Positions 11,249-23,446 of a stretch of 64,000 bases of DNA are shown in pieces. The stretch lies in NCBI GenBank assembly GCA_047967505.1, contig CM106538.1; one strand, given 5' to 3'. Under the pieces are notes generated by a model. That model did not search any database. It was not told the DNA's origin and worked only from the letters and a program-made list of their open reading frames with translations. This DNA comes from Dipteris shenzhenensis. Its lineage: Eukaryota. Made by a program: the position numbers and the translations under genes. Every line of letters begins with the position of its first letter. The first letter of the stretch is position 1.

Positions 11249-14200
11249 ATGTCTTCATCTTCAACAAGTAGCTCCAGTGAGGATGAATCCCTCCATATCC
11301 ACCATCGCGAAATGTGGTTGGAGCAAAAAGTCAAATGTCTGTGTGATCGATGTCGAGGAAACATGTATCGTGCACGCAAGATTACACTCAATCATATCTC
11401 AAAGTATGGAGAATGGGATGTGACCGTAAACAGGGTAAGGGTTTGTAAGTTAAGGTTGATTGAGATACCTATGGGTATTCATATGTTTGAGTTATGATCC
11501 CGTTTTAATTTGATACAGGATGCAGTGCCACACCCGCATATGTTACCCTATGCCCGTCGTGAGGAGGCGAAGCGTCGGCGATATGAGGTGGGATCTTCAG
11601 GAGGGACCGTTACAGATGAATGGAGTGATGGTGATAGTAGCCCTCTGCCATTACCTCATGAAGCCATGGAGGAGGTGTTTGATGATATGGTGCGGGATTT
11701 ATATGTCCATCAAGGGAGGGATAATAGCATGGAGCAGGATGATCTTTTTACTGCAGCATCGACTCCACTGTTTGAGGGGTGCATATTCTCTATTCTACGT
11801 GCCTCCCTTGAGTTACTAAACTTGCAAACCATCTATGGATGGAGCAATGCAAGTTTGAATGCATTACTCAAGTAAGCTTTAAAGTCGATTTTGCAAACAT
11901 GGTGAATTATGCTAGTGGGTCAATTACTCGAATGCTTTTCCTCATTTATGGTCTTCACGTGCAGGCTATTGTGTAAAATGCTTCCAAGGGAGAATGAACT
12001 ACCGACCTCAAGAGATATGGCAAGGCAACATGTGACCTCTCTTGGAGGATTAGATTACAAGCGCATCCATGCATGTGTCAACGATTGTGTTTTGTTTCGT
12101 GGACTACATAAGGATGCAAGAGAGTGTCCTACTTGTGGAGAGGCAAGATATAGAGCAGATCTCAAAACCTTGGACGTGCCTCGTAAGGTATTGCGACATT
12201 TTCCCATAATCCCTCGCATCCAACATATGTTCAAGTGCAAATCTATTGCAGAGCTCATGTCATGGCATTCCTCCCATCGATCAACCGATGGCAAGTGGAG
12301 AACTCCCACGGACTCTCCTGCATGGAAGCATATTGAAGACACATGGCCAAGCTTCAAGGAAGAACCTAGTAACTTGAGACTTGGATTGGGTATGGACGGT
12401 GTGAACCCATTTGGTCTCAAAAGCATGTCTTACAGTGTATGGCCAGTGGTATTGGTGAATTACAATCTTCCACCCTCTATGGCTATTAAGAAAGGACATG
12501 TCATGCTGTCCCTTCTAATTCCAGGGAAACATAAAGTCAAAAACCCTGATGTTTATTTGGAGCCTTTGATTGATGAGCTAGAGATACTTTGGAGAGGTAT
12601 CGAGGTGCATGATGTGAGCAGGCCTCCCTTGTCACGAGACTTCAACTGCAAAGCAGTATTGATGTGGACGATGCATGACTTCCCAGGCTATGGCGAGTGT
12701 TCAAGTAAGCATTGCATTTTTAATTATGAATAGGCAAAGTTGTGGCACCCTAAGCCCACCTTCCACTCTTAATTGCATCTATTGTTCTGGTCTCACTACA
12801 TCGGGTTACCATGCATATCCTGTTTGTGGTCCTTCGCTAGTTGCCTCACGGGCAGACGCATTGAATAAGGTCATCTATGAGAATCACCATCGATTTCTCC
12901 CACCTGATCATCCTAGATATGTTGCCCCTTGGAATGAAGTCCTCCCACAATCACTCACCGCGGGAGATTGGATGAGAATTTGGGACGGTTCCACGACGAC
13001 TCCACCACTTGGCATGAGCCGGTAAGGGTTTGTAGCTATTGGCTGGAAGTAAAGATTGGCTATATTGGCTGAAAGTAAAGATTGCACGCTAACACTTTAT
13101 TTTGTTTAGATACTCCATCTTTTATCGTTTACCATATTGGTCCCACCTCAAGATCAATCACCTGCTTGATCCCATGCATATCTTCAAGAATGTGGCATCT
13201 ACCATTTGGGAGCATTTGAATGGGACAGGAGATTCGGCAGGCATAAGGGAGGATCTACGTACCACAGGGAGGATGCGTGAAGCTTGGCCTCAAGAGAGAC
13301 CAAATGGGTGTGTTTTTTTACCTCGTGCACCGTGGATGTTATCAAAGCTAGAGATGGCGACGGTGAAGCGCACTACAATTCATACTCCCACTGGATGCAT
13401 GAGGTGTTTGAAGGGAGCCTTTACAAAGAGCAAGAAAAGAGGTGTAGAGCAATTATATGGCTTGAAATCTCATGATTGGCACAAGATGCTCCAAGTAAGT
13501 ATTTTATATGCATAATATCTTTTTCCTTTCAAATTTGTGAGTGAATAGCTATAAGCAACTAATCAACCACCTCCTCGCGGGTTCAATTCATACTACCTAC
13601 TAGCATTTCACGTAGTGCATCGAAGGACGTGAAAGATTGTATTTACAAGATGGGCGAGCTTGTGAGGTATGTGATCTCAAAGGAAATAGATCCCACCACG
13701 CTTGAGAATGCTCGAGTTATGTCAGTGGAGGCGGTTTGTTTAGTGGAGGAGACATTTCCACGTTCTATTCTCACAAGCCAACTACATCTCATAGTGCATT
13801 TGGTGGATGAGATTGCTATATGCGGTACTATACATGCACGATGGTTGTTCTTCCTCGAGCGCTTCATGAAGACCTTGAAGGGCTTCGTGAGACAAAATGC
13901 AAGACCCGAAGGTAGCATGGCCGAGGGTTGGTTGGTACAAAAGTCACTTGTATATATTTCTGAGTTTCTTGTTGATGTGGATAGCTCTCTCCCACGACTA
14001 TGGAGAGATGATGAAGACCTAAGGATGACCTCTATTGTGCCTCAAGGGAAAGGATGTAACAAAGTAATAGACACGGAGTTGCATAATAGTATCAACCTCT
14101 TTTGCGTGCTTAATAGTGATGTGATGAAAAGATGGGTGACAAGATACGAGGATGCAAAGGCAAGAAGACAAGAAGAAAGGGCCCTCTTTTGTACACACCA

Positions 14201-15210
14201 CGGATCTCATGTGCCATACCCTCAGCATCTAAGAGCACTTCCAAAGGATATTCATGTGGATTGGCTACTTGATGAAATGGAGAAAGCAGAGAAAGACGAG
14301 GGGATGCACATCACAATGGAAGAATGGGAGTATGCTAGGGGATGCATGAGCAAGGTCGGTATATAGAATGTTATGCATAAGTTAGGAGCTTCCAATAATT
14401 TAGATTGCTTATTTAATTGATTTTTTCTTGGTGTAGTGCACTGTGTTCAATGCTATATGGTGTGAGGGCAAGCATTTTCGAACACAACAGATTGATGATA
14501 AGAGAAACACACAAGATTGCGGCGTCATTGCTAGCTTTGAGGGAGCCAATGGAGCCATGGATGATTATTATGGCATAATCCAAGATATTATTATGCTTGA
14601 CTTTCGACGCTTCTTTGTGTATGTTTTGGATGTAAAGTGGTTTAAGGACGTGGTGGAAAGAGGCCCTAATGCAACAATCAAACGCCGTGCAAGTGGCTTT
14701 GTAAGTATTGACTCCACAAAGTTTTTGCAAAGTAGGAAGGACACACTAGTACTACCGCAACAATGTGAATAGGTATTGTGCACACATATAAAAATACTCG
14801 CTTTTAAATATTTGATGCAAGAAAAGTAACATGATTGTATTTGTGTTTGAATTAGGTTGTCTATCAACCAATGGTGGATAATAATAGATGGTGGCATGTC
14901 ATACCTATTATGCCACGTTCCAAAGTGATGTATAGTACATTTACTAATGTGGAGCGTATGGAGGATGATCATGGCCATGGACGTGATGATGACCGTGATA
15001 CAAGAGAGGAGGATGATCATGAGATAGGAGATACAGATATTGAGGCCATTACCCTGAGGACGAGCCTACCATTCGAGATGCTGATTTCGATGAGCACATG
15101 AGTGGCACAAGTAGTAGTGGGTTGAATGTATTTGTAGATCTAAACACTTGTTTGGATTTTGAAGTAGATAGTTTGGCAAGGGTTGATCTCATTGAGGATG
15201 AGATTGAACC
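11249..15210 (+). pseudogene. CACTA TnpD/Tnp2-type transposase, multi-exon, lightly decayed
   Basis: CLCDRC N-terminal domain, IHACVNDCVLF, LRLGLGMDGVNPF, LMWTMHDFPGYG, LDPMHIFKNV, LKSHDWH, HLIVHL..EI...G, ERFMKTLKGFVRQNARPEGSMAEG, YYGIIQDII. Clean introns (e.g. 11435-11518, 11872-11964). Lesions include a mutated acceptor near 12789, a stop near 14770 and frameshifts. Confidence 0.92.
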
Positions 15211-16059
15211 GTAGCCCCATAATTGATATTGGCAAAACTATTTTACATATTGTCTCATTCTCCTCATCTCACTTAATTCTTGTATATGTGGGCTTGCAAA
15301 AAATTATGTGCTTTGGTAATCATGGGCAACGTTTGGAAAGCAATGATGTACACCAAAATATCACTTTCTGTATTCTCTGGTTTGCGTCTATTTACGCATC
15401 TAAATGCGCGTCTGATTCTCAGTGTAAACGCACAAATAAACGTGCAAATAGACGAGCTTTTAGACACGCATTTAGACGCGCCCGTAATTTCTCTACTAAA
15501 GCAACGCCTATAGATGCGCCCACTATTTTGCGCGTCTACCAAGCGCATCTATAGTTGCTTTGTGTTGTTGTGTTATAAACTTCTGTGCGTTGAGGTGACT
15601 GGGGTAAACTTCCTTGCGTTTATTGGAGTGCCTTCTTCTATGCATTGAGGTGACTGTATGCGAGCGGGGTTATTCGAGTGCCTTCATCTTTCTTTCTTGC
15701 GTCAATTGACTTTGACCGATTCTCCCATTGCAGTGTATTTTGCAAAAACCCCTTCGTGTCCTTTTGCTTTGAGAGTGCAGCAGTTCTTTCCAAATGTCAC
15801 TGCTGTCCCTCCTTCTGCATTGCAGACTGCCGAATAGGTGTCGCGAACAAATGGTATCGTCCAATCTACATGCAAGCCAACGGCTCTCAACTGCCAAAAA
15901 GAATTACTCTGTCATGGAAAGAGGACTCAACATCATTTATTTAGTCAAAAAATTCTAGCATTATTTGTTGGGCCGACCGTTTTTGTTTCATGTTGATCAT
16001 TCCACATTGTTGTACTTAGTAAAACAGCAAAGTCTTACATTTTGAAGTAGTCTTAGGCT

Positions 16060-16385
16060 AGCTGTATCGGCAACATCTGATGGAGGCCCTGTTGCGGTGT
16101 GTTCAGCCTCATGAGCAGGAGGCAGTGATGAAGAAGGCCATTGCGGGGTTTCAGGTGATCATTTTGTAGGGGAAATAACCGCAAAGAAAATTCTTCAAGC
16201 TAGCTTATGGTGGCCAACCATGTAGAAGTATGCTAGGTGGTTTGCAAAAAGTTGCAACCTCTACCAGCGGCAATTGGGCCTACCCATAGATCGTGATCGC
16301 ATGCCGCTTAACCCCATTTTACCACTAGATCCATTTCAGAAACGGAATCTAGACTTCATGGGTCCATTCAAGCCAGTAGCTGCCC
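16060..16385 (+). mobile_element. Degenerate Ty3/Gypsy integrase fragment (Zn-binding region and start of core)
   Basis: Manual translation gives LRCVQPHEQEAVMK..GDHFVGEITAKKILQASLWWPTM..MPLNPILPLDPFQK..LDFMGPFKP. Confidence 0.75.
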
Positions 16386-19300
16386 GCACACGGAACTGCT
16401 ACCCCCTTCATCCCACTGGTTTCTATTGATTCACAACCTATGGATGCTCGTCTTCAACATCTGTGAATTCGGAGCTTCAGCAGCATCAATTGGCTAAGGG
16501 TGAATGTTCACCCAGTAGCATTGGCACTTTGCCAGCAGCTCGCAATGGGATTAGTGGTGGAGTTTTTGGGTGAGCATTGGGAGCTGCTACTGACCATTCA
16601 ATTAATCTATTAGAGTGAACGATTGTATTTGCCAATGGGATGGTAGATTTTTTGTGCAGCCGACTTGTTCAGAAAAGTTGATGTTGGCTAAGTTTGGGAC
16701 TCCTTCTAGTAGGGAGTACAAGCTTAGTTCATGTAAGGATGTTCAAGTTAGGGACTTATAGCGCTGGATCCTTGAGTCGGTATTTTTGTAGGAAAAGACT
16801 TACACAATCACTCCCCGGTCTTGAGGGATGATCGCGATGGTGGTGGTTGAGTAGCGAGCAATGCCTTGGGCACATGTTTTAACGGAGCACATACATGTAG
16901 AGGCTCATAGGATGGCGACGCTGGTTGATAAGAAGCAAGATGTGAACTCAAAGATTGGTCAGATTTTGGAGATTCTATTCCCTTTATAGCTTGAGTCTAC
17001 TACGCCTTGACGGAATACTACATTAATTCTTACCCTCGAGCCCAAAGGACCTTTGTAGGAGGAGGCTAAAGGTTCAACTGGTCGAGCGCCCAAGAAGAAG
17101 AAACGTCAAGTGCCTCATATCACTCAAGGCGTGGTTTTTTCTCTTGTGCCCCTTACTCCTTCTCATGCAGGTGGGACATAGAGTTTGCTCCATAGTGGGG
17201 TGGCTTCAACCCATATCAGCGTCATGCATTCGCCTCCCCCACTGGTCATGGCAGAAAGGGTGATGGTGTTAGTAGCACTTGTGTCCACTGAGATGGGTGT
17301 TTTCGGAGGCAGTCTGCTGGTTGGGGGATCACTCACTCAAAGATGGTTGGAGCAGCTTCAGTGCACAGCAACGACCACTGCAGCAACCTCTACTGTGGTG
17401 GTGGTGGTGTCTGAAGTAGTGCGAGTGTCAACAACAAAAGAACTGGCGGTGGTCTCTGAGCCTGGGGTGTCGCTTCGACGCCCTCAGCTGGAGTGTCTTT
17501 GCAGTTGTAGCCAATGAATGTGCAGCTGCAGTTATGTGCATAGTTGCTTGCTCGCCTTGCAATGCAGTGTTCTACGGAGAGTGATTTCTAAAGAGTGGCC
17601 AGTTTGGAATTTGACGTCATTTAATTGCGGAATGAGAATGAAGCCATGTAGAGTCAGCAAGTAGCATGAATGCAATAATAACTGGAAGACAGGGTTGCGG
17701 TTCTGGAAGCACAGGTGCAGGTTGCGGAAGCACACTTGGAATCCACTCAGTAGTTACATTCATAGTATGTTTTCGGCATTCAGGAGGAATTGTTATGTCG
17801 ACGTACTACCGATAGAATGTCTGAGTATTTGCGAGCTTTTCCTAGTACTATCAGTGTCAATATGGAGCAGATGGGTTCGGTCCTTGATGCTCTCCAAGGG
17901 GATGTTTGTACGGAATGGGATAGATAATTTGCACGTTGGCGTGAGGCTGTGGTTCCGCAAACGTGTTGGGAGATGGTTTGGCAACAATGTCGACTCAAAA
18001 CGGATGGGAATGCGGGTGTTGGTGTTGGGTCTCGACCGCAAAGTTCTCCTCAAGTGCAAATAGTGTCTAGGCTGATGGGTTCCAGTAATTCTACAGGTGG
18101 GAGAGGTAGTGCATATAAGGGTAAAGGAGCGGTTGCAGAGTCAATACCTACTGGGGAGGATTGGCACGCAAAGTATGAAGAGTTGGCTGAAGGAATTGTA
18201 GAAGCTATTGTTTGCTATGGCAAAAGAGCTCAGGTGCTAAAGCGGCAACAGTGTTCTCTGTGTTTTTGGTTAGAACTGTGTGCCCATTCTTTCAGTTTGT
18301 CCTTGCCTCCTCACCCTCCTTGGTGGAATGAAGCGGATCATTTTTTGGAAAAGTTTTATAATAAGCAAACCTTGTTTCCTGGGTTACCTAATCCTCCTTT
18401 GTATGAGCCTATGGTAATTCAGTGGCGGCTAGCTACACAAGAGGAGTGCTGGCAACAACAATTGCCACAGGGTACATGGATTGAGGAGGTTCTGCCTACT
18501 ATTGAACAGTGGCCTAAGCATCAATCCGTAGATTGGTCAAAGCCGCGCATCCTTTGGAGTGGTTGATGAATATGGAGCAGGATTGGAGGTTGAAGCTTTG
18601 GTTGCGGAGGAGGCAGCTAGAAACTACTAATGCAAGTTTGAGTGGAGTGAAACCACTAAAGCAGTTGCGGAAGGAGTGTCATGAACGCAGTGATGCGGGA
18701 CCAAGCAAGGTTGGGGTAACTGATGCACCTTTTTAGTGTATTTCCAGTTCATATGAAGAGTAGAGATCCGGCGATGGCTTTTGATTGGCCTCACAAGATA
18801 AAAAGCACCCATAGTGCGGTGTGCTATCGCACAAGTAGGCAATGACAGCCTAGGACATCCAGACATGCATTAATAACTGATAACAGTTTCATGTTTTCAT
18901 TTTCAGATTCTAGATAGATTTGAAGAGAGATGCTTCTATTCATGTGTACTTAGTAGTTGATTAGTGTAATCCTTGATTCTGAGTACGTAAGCATGACCGG
19001 TTTCATTGCTATTACAGAAACTCTGGTTGATTTGGTCTCATACTATGAGAATCCTAGATGTGTTCTTGGACTCGTAAAGAGTTGTGCACATATCCCATGC
19101 TTCTTTTGATGTATTGACTCTATTGAGTTATCCTAGCATGACATCTTGCACATCTTGCTTGATCAAATGATATGCATATTTGTATTTCTTGTCCCATTCT
19201 ACCTGTGCTCAAGAAATGGCAAGATATGCTACAGGTATGGACAATGGTGGTGCAGCTGTATATCCCATTGTTGGTGCTGCAACAATAGGTGGAGTGGAGC

Positions 19301-20309
19301 TGCTACTCACTAGATCATCCAATGCTCTAGGTGTAGCCCCATCAACATACTCCCATTTGTCTTGATGTACAAGAATGATCTCCGGATTGAGATAATCTTA
19401 CTGCACCTAGTTCTCTGTCGAGGCTATGTCCAAAATGATTGTTGCATTGATGCACATACACTATTTGTATCTATCATAGGGGATGGGTATTTGTTGTGGA
19501 TTCGCACAATCCACCGTGAGTGCCATGTGTTATTGCATAACCATGCGGGTTAGCAGTAGTGACTCTGAGGGGTGTGTGAGGGTAGGTTAGTTGCACAATG
19601 ATTGGTGGTTCGGTCCTCCAAGTAGTTGAGTCTTCAATGGTCTCTAACCCTGATAATCGGTTTTTACTATCACGATGTGCATTCTTACTATCATGAAAGG
19701 AATTCGCGATTTGGCGATTAACTTGCTTCCGACAAGGTGTTTTGGCGAGCTCATGTCGTCCGCTCCTTGCTATCATTACAGAGGCACTTCACATGGAGGG
19801 TTGCATGCATCAGCATGCACTTTGACAGAGATTCAAGAGGAGATGGTTGCAGTGAGGCATCACACTCGTGGCTTTCAACAAGATGAACTCTAGCGGATGT
19901 GAATTGATCCCCGACACCCTACTTACGGTCAAGCGAGTGCGGAAATCTTAGTGTGGTCTTGGTACTGCATTTTGCAGTTGCTATCTTTCCAGTAGGCATG
20001 CATGTGCACATGCTCGCAAGGCCCTCCTAACCTTTGGAGACCAACAACACGATTACAGTGACGGAGGAGTGATCCTGAGCATGGAGACGTCATGTCATAA
20101 GGCTCTCCAGGAGGAATTGACCAGCGTCAAGGGATACCTTCTCATTCACTCTCACCACCATGGCTGCACTTAGGTAGTAGGTATGGGTCTCATTAGATGG
20201 ATGCAAGGCGTTGAGTGCATCCTGGTCTCCAACAGTGGTTTTGATTGCTTCTCGCAACCTTTTCGGTCAAGGAGTACCATCAAGATGAGGAGCACCACAT
20301 GTTGGAGGT

Positions 20310-22610
20310 GCCATGATGGCGGGCCAAGTTAAGTATAGCAAGTTTTTGGGGAAACAATCTGATGACCCGAATGCTCATGTCCGATAGTTTCAGAAGGTGT
20401 ATGTGGTCAACAATCGACCACCCGTGGTACCACTCCGACAGGAGGCAGCTTTCGAATCAACCTTAGTAGGGAAGGCATCACGGTGGCTTGTAGAGTATGC
20501 AGTGGACCAATTCACATCATATGATCTTGTCCGCACGGCATTCTTGAGATGGTTTCGTAAGGAAAAAACAATTCCATAAACTCTGGATAGAATGTGGCGG
20601 TTGGATCAGGGAGATCAGGATGTGGAGGATTAGGCATCCAAATTCAATTTACTCATGTAATGTGTGCCAGAAGCGAATGGGCCTACTCAGGAGGTGCTGA
20701 ACAACTACTTTGTTTTAGGGGCTTTCTCAGGATCTGCAATGGCGTTGGCCATAGTGGATCGAACACAAGTGATGCTCATGGCGATCATGGCACAAGTAGT
20801 GCCAGCAAGGGCCCTTAATGCAAATTGGTGCGTGATCTACTTGACAAATACCCACAACACAGTGGGATGCCAATATAATGGGCATGGCCAAAGAGCAATT
20901 CGTCAAAAGCAGGATCCGGGTGCATCTTTTGTGCACGAGGAGCAACCACAACCGTCGTTCCAATGAGGCGATGGCAGTGAGAGCCATGGATGTGGACCAG
21001 AGTGGTCGTGCCCAAAATTGACCTAAAACTTGCTTGTTTTGCTTGGGCAAAGACCATTGGTGGTGAAACGAACGCCTAGATGCTTAGGAATGGGATCGGT
21101 AATGAGCAGAGTGGCAAGCACTTCCATGGTGCACATTGTTGAGGATGACCTGTTGGTATGCTCGAAGATTAGTATAATCACCTGTGCGGGTACAAAGCTA
21201 CAGGGGCCGACCCTAAAGAAAGGTGGCAAGCCTGGGGTGCCAACTTAATATGTATTATGTTACTACCCTCGTCCAAAATCTAGGATATGGAGGGACATTG
21301 TCCATATAGAATATGCATGGATTTCCTTTAAAAATTTTAAATATGCAAGAGAAAAATATGAAAATCTCATGTCCCTCCTCCCACAAAATATAAGGCATAT
21401 ACCTTGAAAAATATGCAAGATTTTAAGCTTTGTACATATTTTATGTGAGGCCCAAGAGGAGGGGTCTTTTGGATGAGGGGGAAAGGGGAACAAAAAATAC
21501 ACTAAAATATCAAAACCCATCTCCTTTCAAATTAAGGTAATTTTTTCATGCGTTACCTAAATTTCAAGGTGTACAGACATATTTGAAACTCTTTGTGTAG
21601 AACACAACCATGTTACTTTGACTAATTTCTACTCATGGCATATTTTTAAATTCATCTCATACTCAAGATTAGGTTTTTGTTACTAAAGGGAGTTGGCGCC
21701 CTAGGGCAACAAGCCAATACAAGAGCAAGTACGATGATCAGTCTGCAAGTTGGTGATGGAGGAGCCACCCTTGATGCAGTTGTGGTGGTTGAGTCTACAA
21801 AGGCACCAATTGGGGCATGCAAGGTGTAGTTCGCTGAGCCGCTTGTCCAACCAGAGTTGAAGATAGCACAAGGCAAAGTCAAACTTCCCTTACCAGGGAA
21901 TGACCCATAGGCTGTCAAAGCAGCTTCCTTATTGGTGGCCAACCAAGCCAAGAAGCAGATGGATCCTCCATTAAGGGAGCCAGAGGCTTGGAATGCATTC
22001 TGGAAGCACCAATCCAGATTTCACTAGGTAGGTTACTCAACTTGGTTCCTAGATTCCACCAGCAATTGTTGCACTCCCTCCATAAGGAGTTGGAGCCATA
22101 AGAGGTGGATCTGTGCCAAGCTGATTCCTCTCTAGTACACCGGTGGTCCCTCTGATGGACATGAGAATTCCGGTGTGATCAGCAAAACCACAAGGGTTGA
22201 CATTTGCACAGGTTCTGGTAGATGGAGGTTCGGGGATTAATATAGTCACCTTCAAGACCTGCCAAGAAATGGGATGGATGTCCTGAAAACCGGTGCCATT
22301 TTTAGTCTGTATGGTTAATCAATGCCGAGTTTGACCACTCGAAATTTTATGGGCAATAGTCTTGGAAGTGGCCGGCATCTCGTTTGTGGTCTCATTCGTG
22401 GTGCTCAATATGGAAGCCCCGACACCGGAGTATAGTGTACTCTTGGGCAGAACCTAGTTGTAGCAAGCAAAGGTCAAGCAGAACTGGGAGCATAACGTCA
22501 TCTCCATGTGGAGAGGCAAGAAGAAAGTGCGGGTCACAATGGGAGTGGTAGCACCCTTGGCGGAGGCGGTATGACTAGTGTTGGCCGAGACGGTGAGCAT
22601 GGCAGACGAG
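20310..22610 (+). mobile_element. Degenerate Ty3/Gypsy gag-protease
   Basis: MAGQVKYSKF.G...DDPNAHV gag-like start (~20316). Aspartic protease motif VLVDGGSGINIV (~22212-22247), followed by YSVLLGRT*L*QAKVKQNW. Confidence 0.7.
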
Positions 22611-22619
22611 AACTGGAGT

Positions 22620-23446
22620 GTGGTCTCTATGCCAACATAGACTTAGGTAGAACAGAATGTGTGTAGAGTAGCGGCAAAGCTCTGCTTGTACTTGCATAAG
22701 GCTAGAAATAATCCCCCTTAGAAATCCAACTTGCATGTTCTACATGCAAGTTCTACATACGATTCCTACATGTGAGTCCTACATGCAACTTCTACATGCG
22801 AGTTCTACATGCGACTCCTACATGATGCGAGTTCTATATGCAACTCCTACATGCAACTCCTACGTGCGAGTTCTACATGCGAGTTCTACATGCAACTTCT
22901 ACATGTGAGTTCTACATGCAACTCCTACATGCGAGTTCTACATGCAACTCCTACATGTGAGTTCTACATGCGAGTCCTACATGCAACCCCTACATGCGAG
23001 TTCTACATGCGAGTTCTACATGCAACTCCTACATGCGAGTTCTACATGCAACTCCTACATGCAACTCCTACATGCAACTTCTATATGCAAGTTCTACATG
23101 TAGAAAGAGAATATCTTACAATTCCTACATGCATAGAGAGAAGCTCTCCAACTTGTATAAATACCCCATAATGGAATGAAGCCCACACTCTTTAGGGCAT
23201 TGTGTTGAGTTCTACTTTGGTATCCCAAGCAATTGTCGCAAGTGTCCATGCTTACTTGCACTCCACGTCCAAAAGCATGTCCTAACCCTGCAACTCCTCC
23301 TCCCCTCTCCTCCAACCTTGCAACCCATCCTCTCCCTCTCCTCCTCCCTCCTCCTCCTCCCTTCTCCTCCTCCCTCTTCCTCCTCCTCCTCCTCCCTCCT
23401 CCTCCTCCTCCTCCCTCTTCCTCCTCCTCCTCCCTCCTCCTCCTCT
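22620..23446 (+). repeat. Dispersed repeat R, copy 1: 13-bp minisatellite (CTACATGC-AACTC/GAGTT) plus (CCT)n tract
   Basis: Homologous to the reverse complement of ~63250-63955 and, in its first ~95 bp, to 33232-33325 (CTTGTACTTGCATAAGGCTAG). Minisatellite ~22740-23105; CCT tract ~23330-23445. Confidence 0.85.

Larger units (their letters stand above)
8057..15572 (+). mobile_element. Full-length EnSpm/CACTA-superfamily DNA transposon with CACAA termini
   Basis: Left TIR CACAACAAGACAAAGCA (8057) versus reverse complement of the right end CACAACAACACAAAGCA (15572), 16/17 match. 3-bp TSD TTA at 8054-8056 and 15573-15575. Subterminal TAGACGCG-type repeats at both ends. Internal Tnp2-type transposase. 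Confidence 0.93.

Noticed and set aside
22740-23105. CRISPR-like repeat array
   Set aside because: The spacers are just two 5-bp variants with no unique sequence; the context is eukaryotic with no cas genes. It is a minisatellite.
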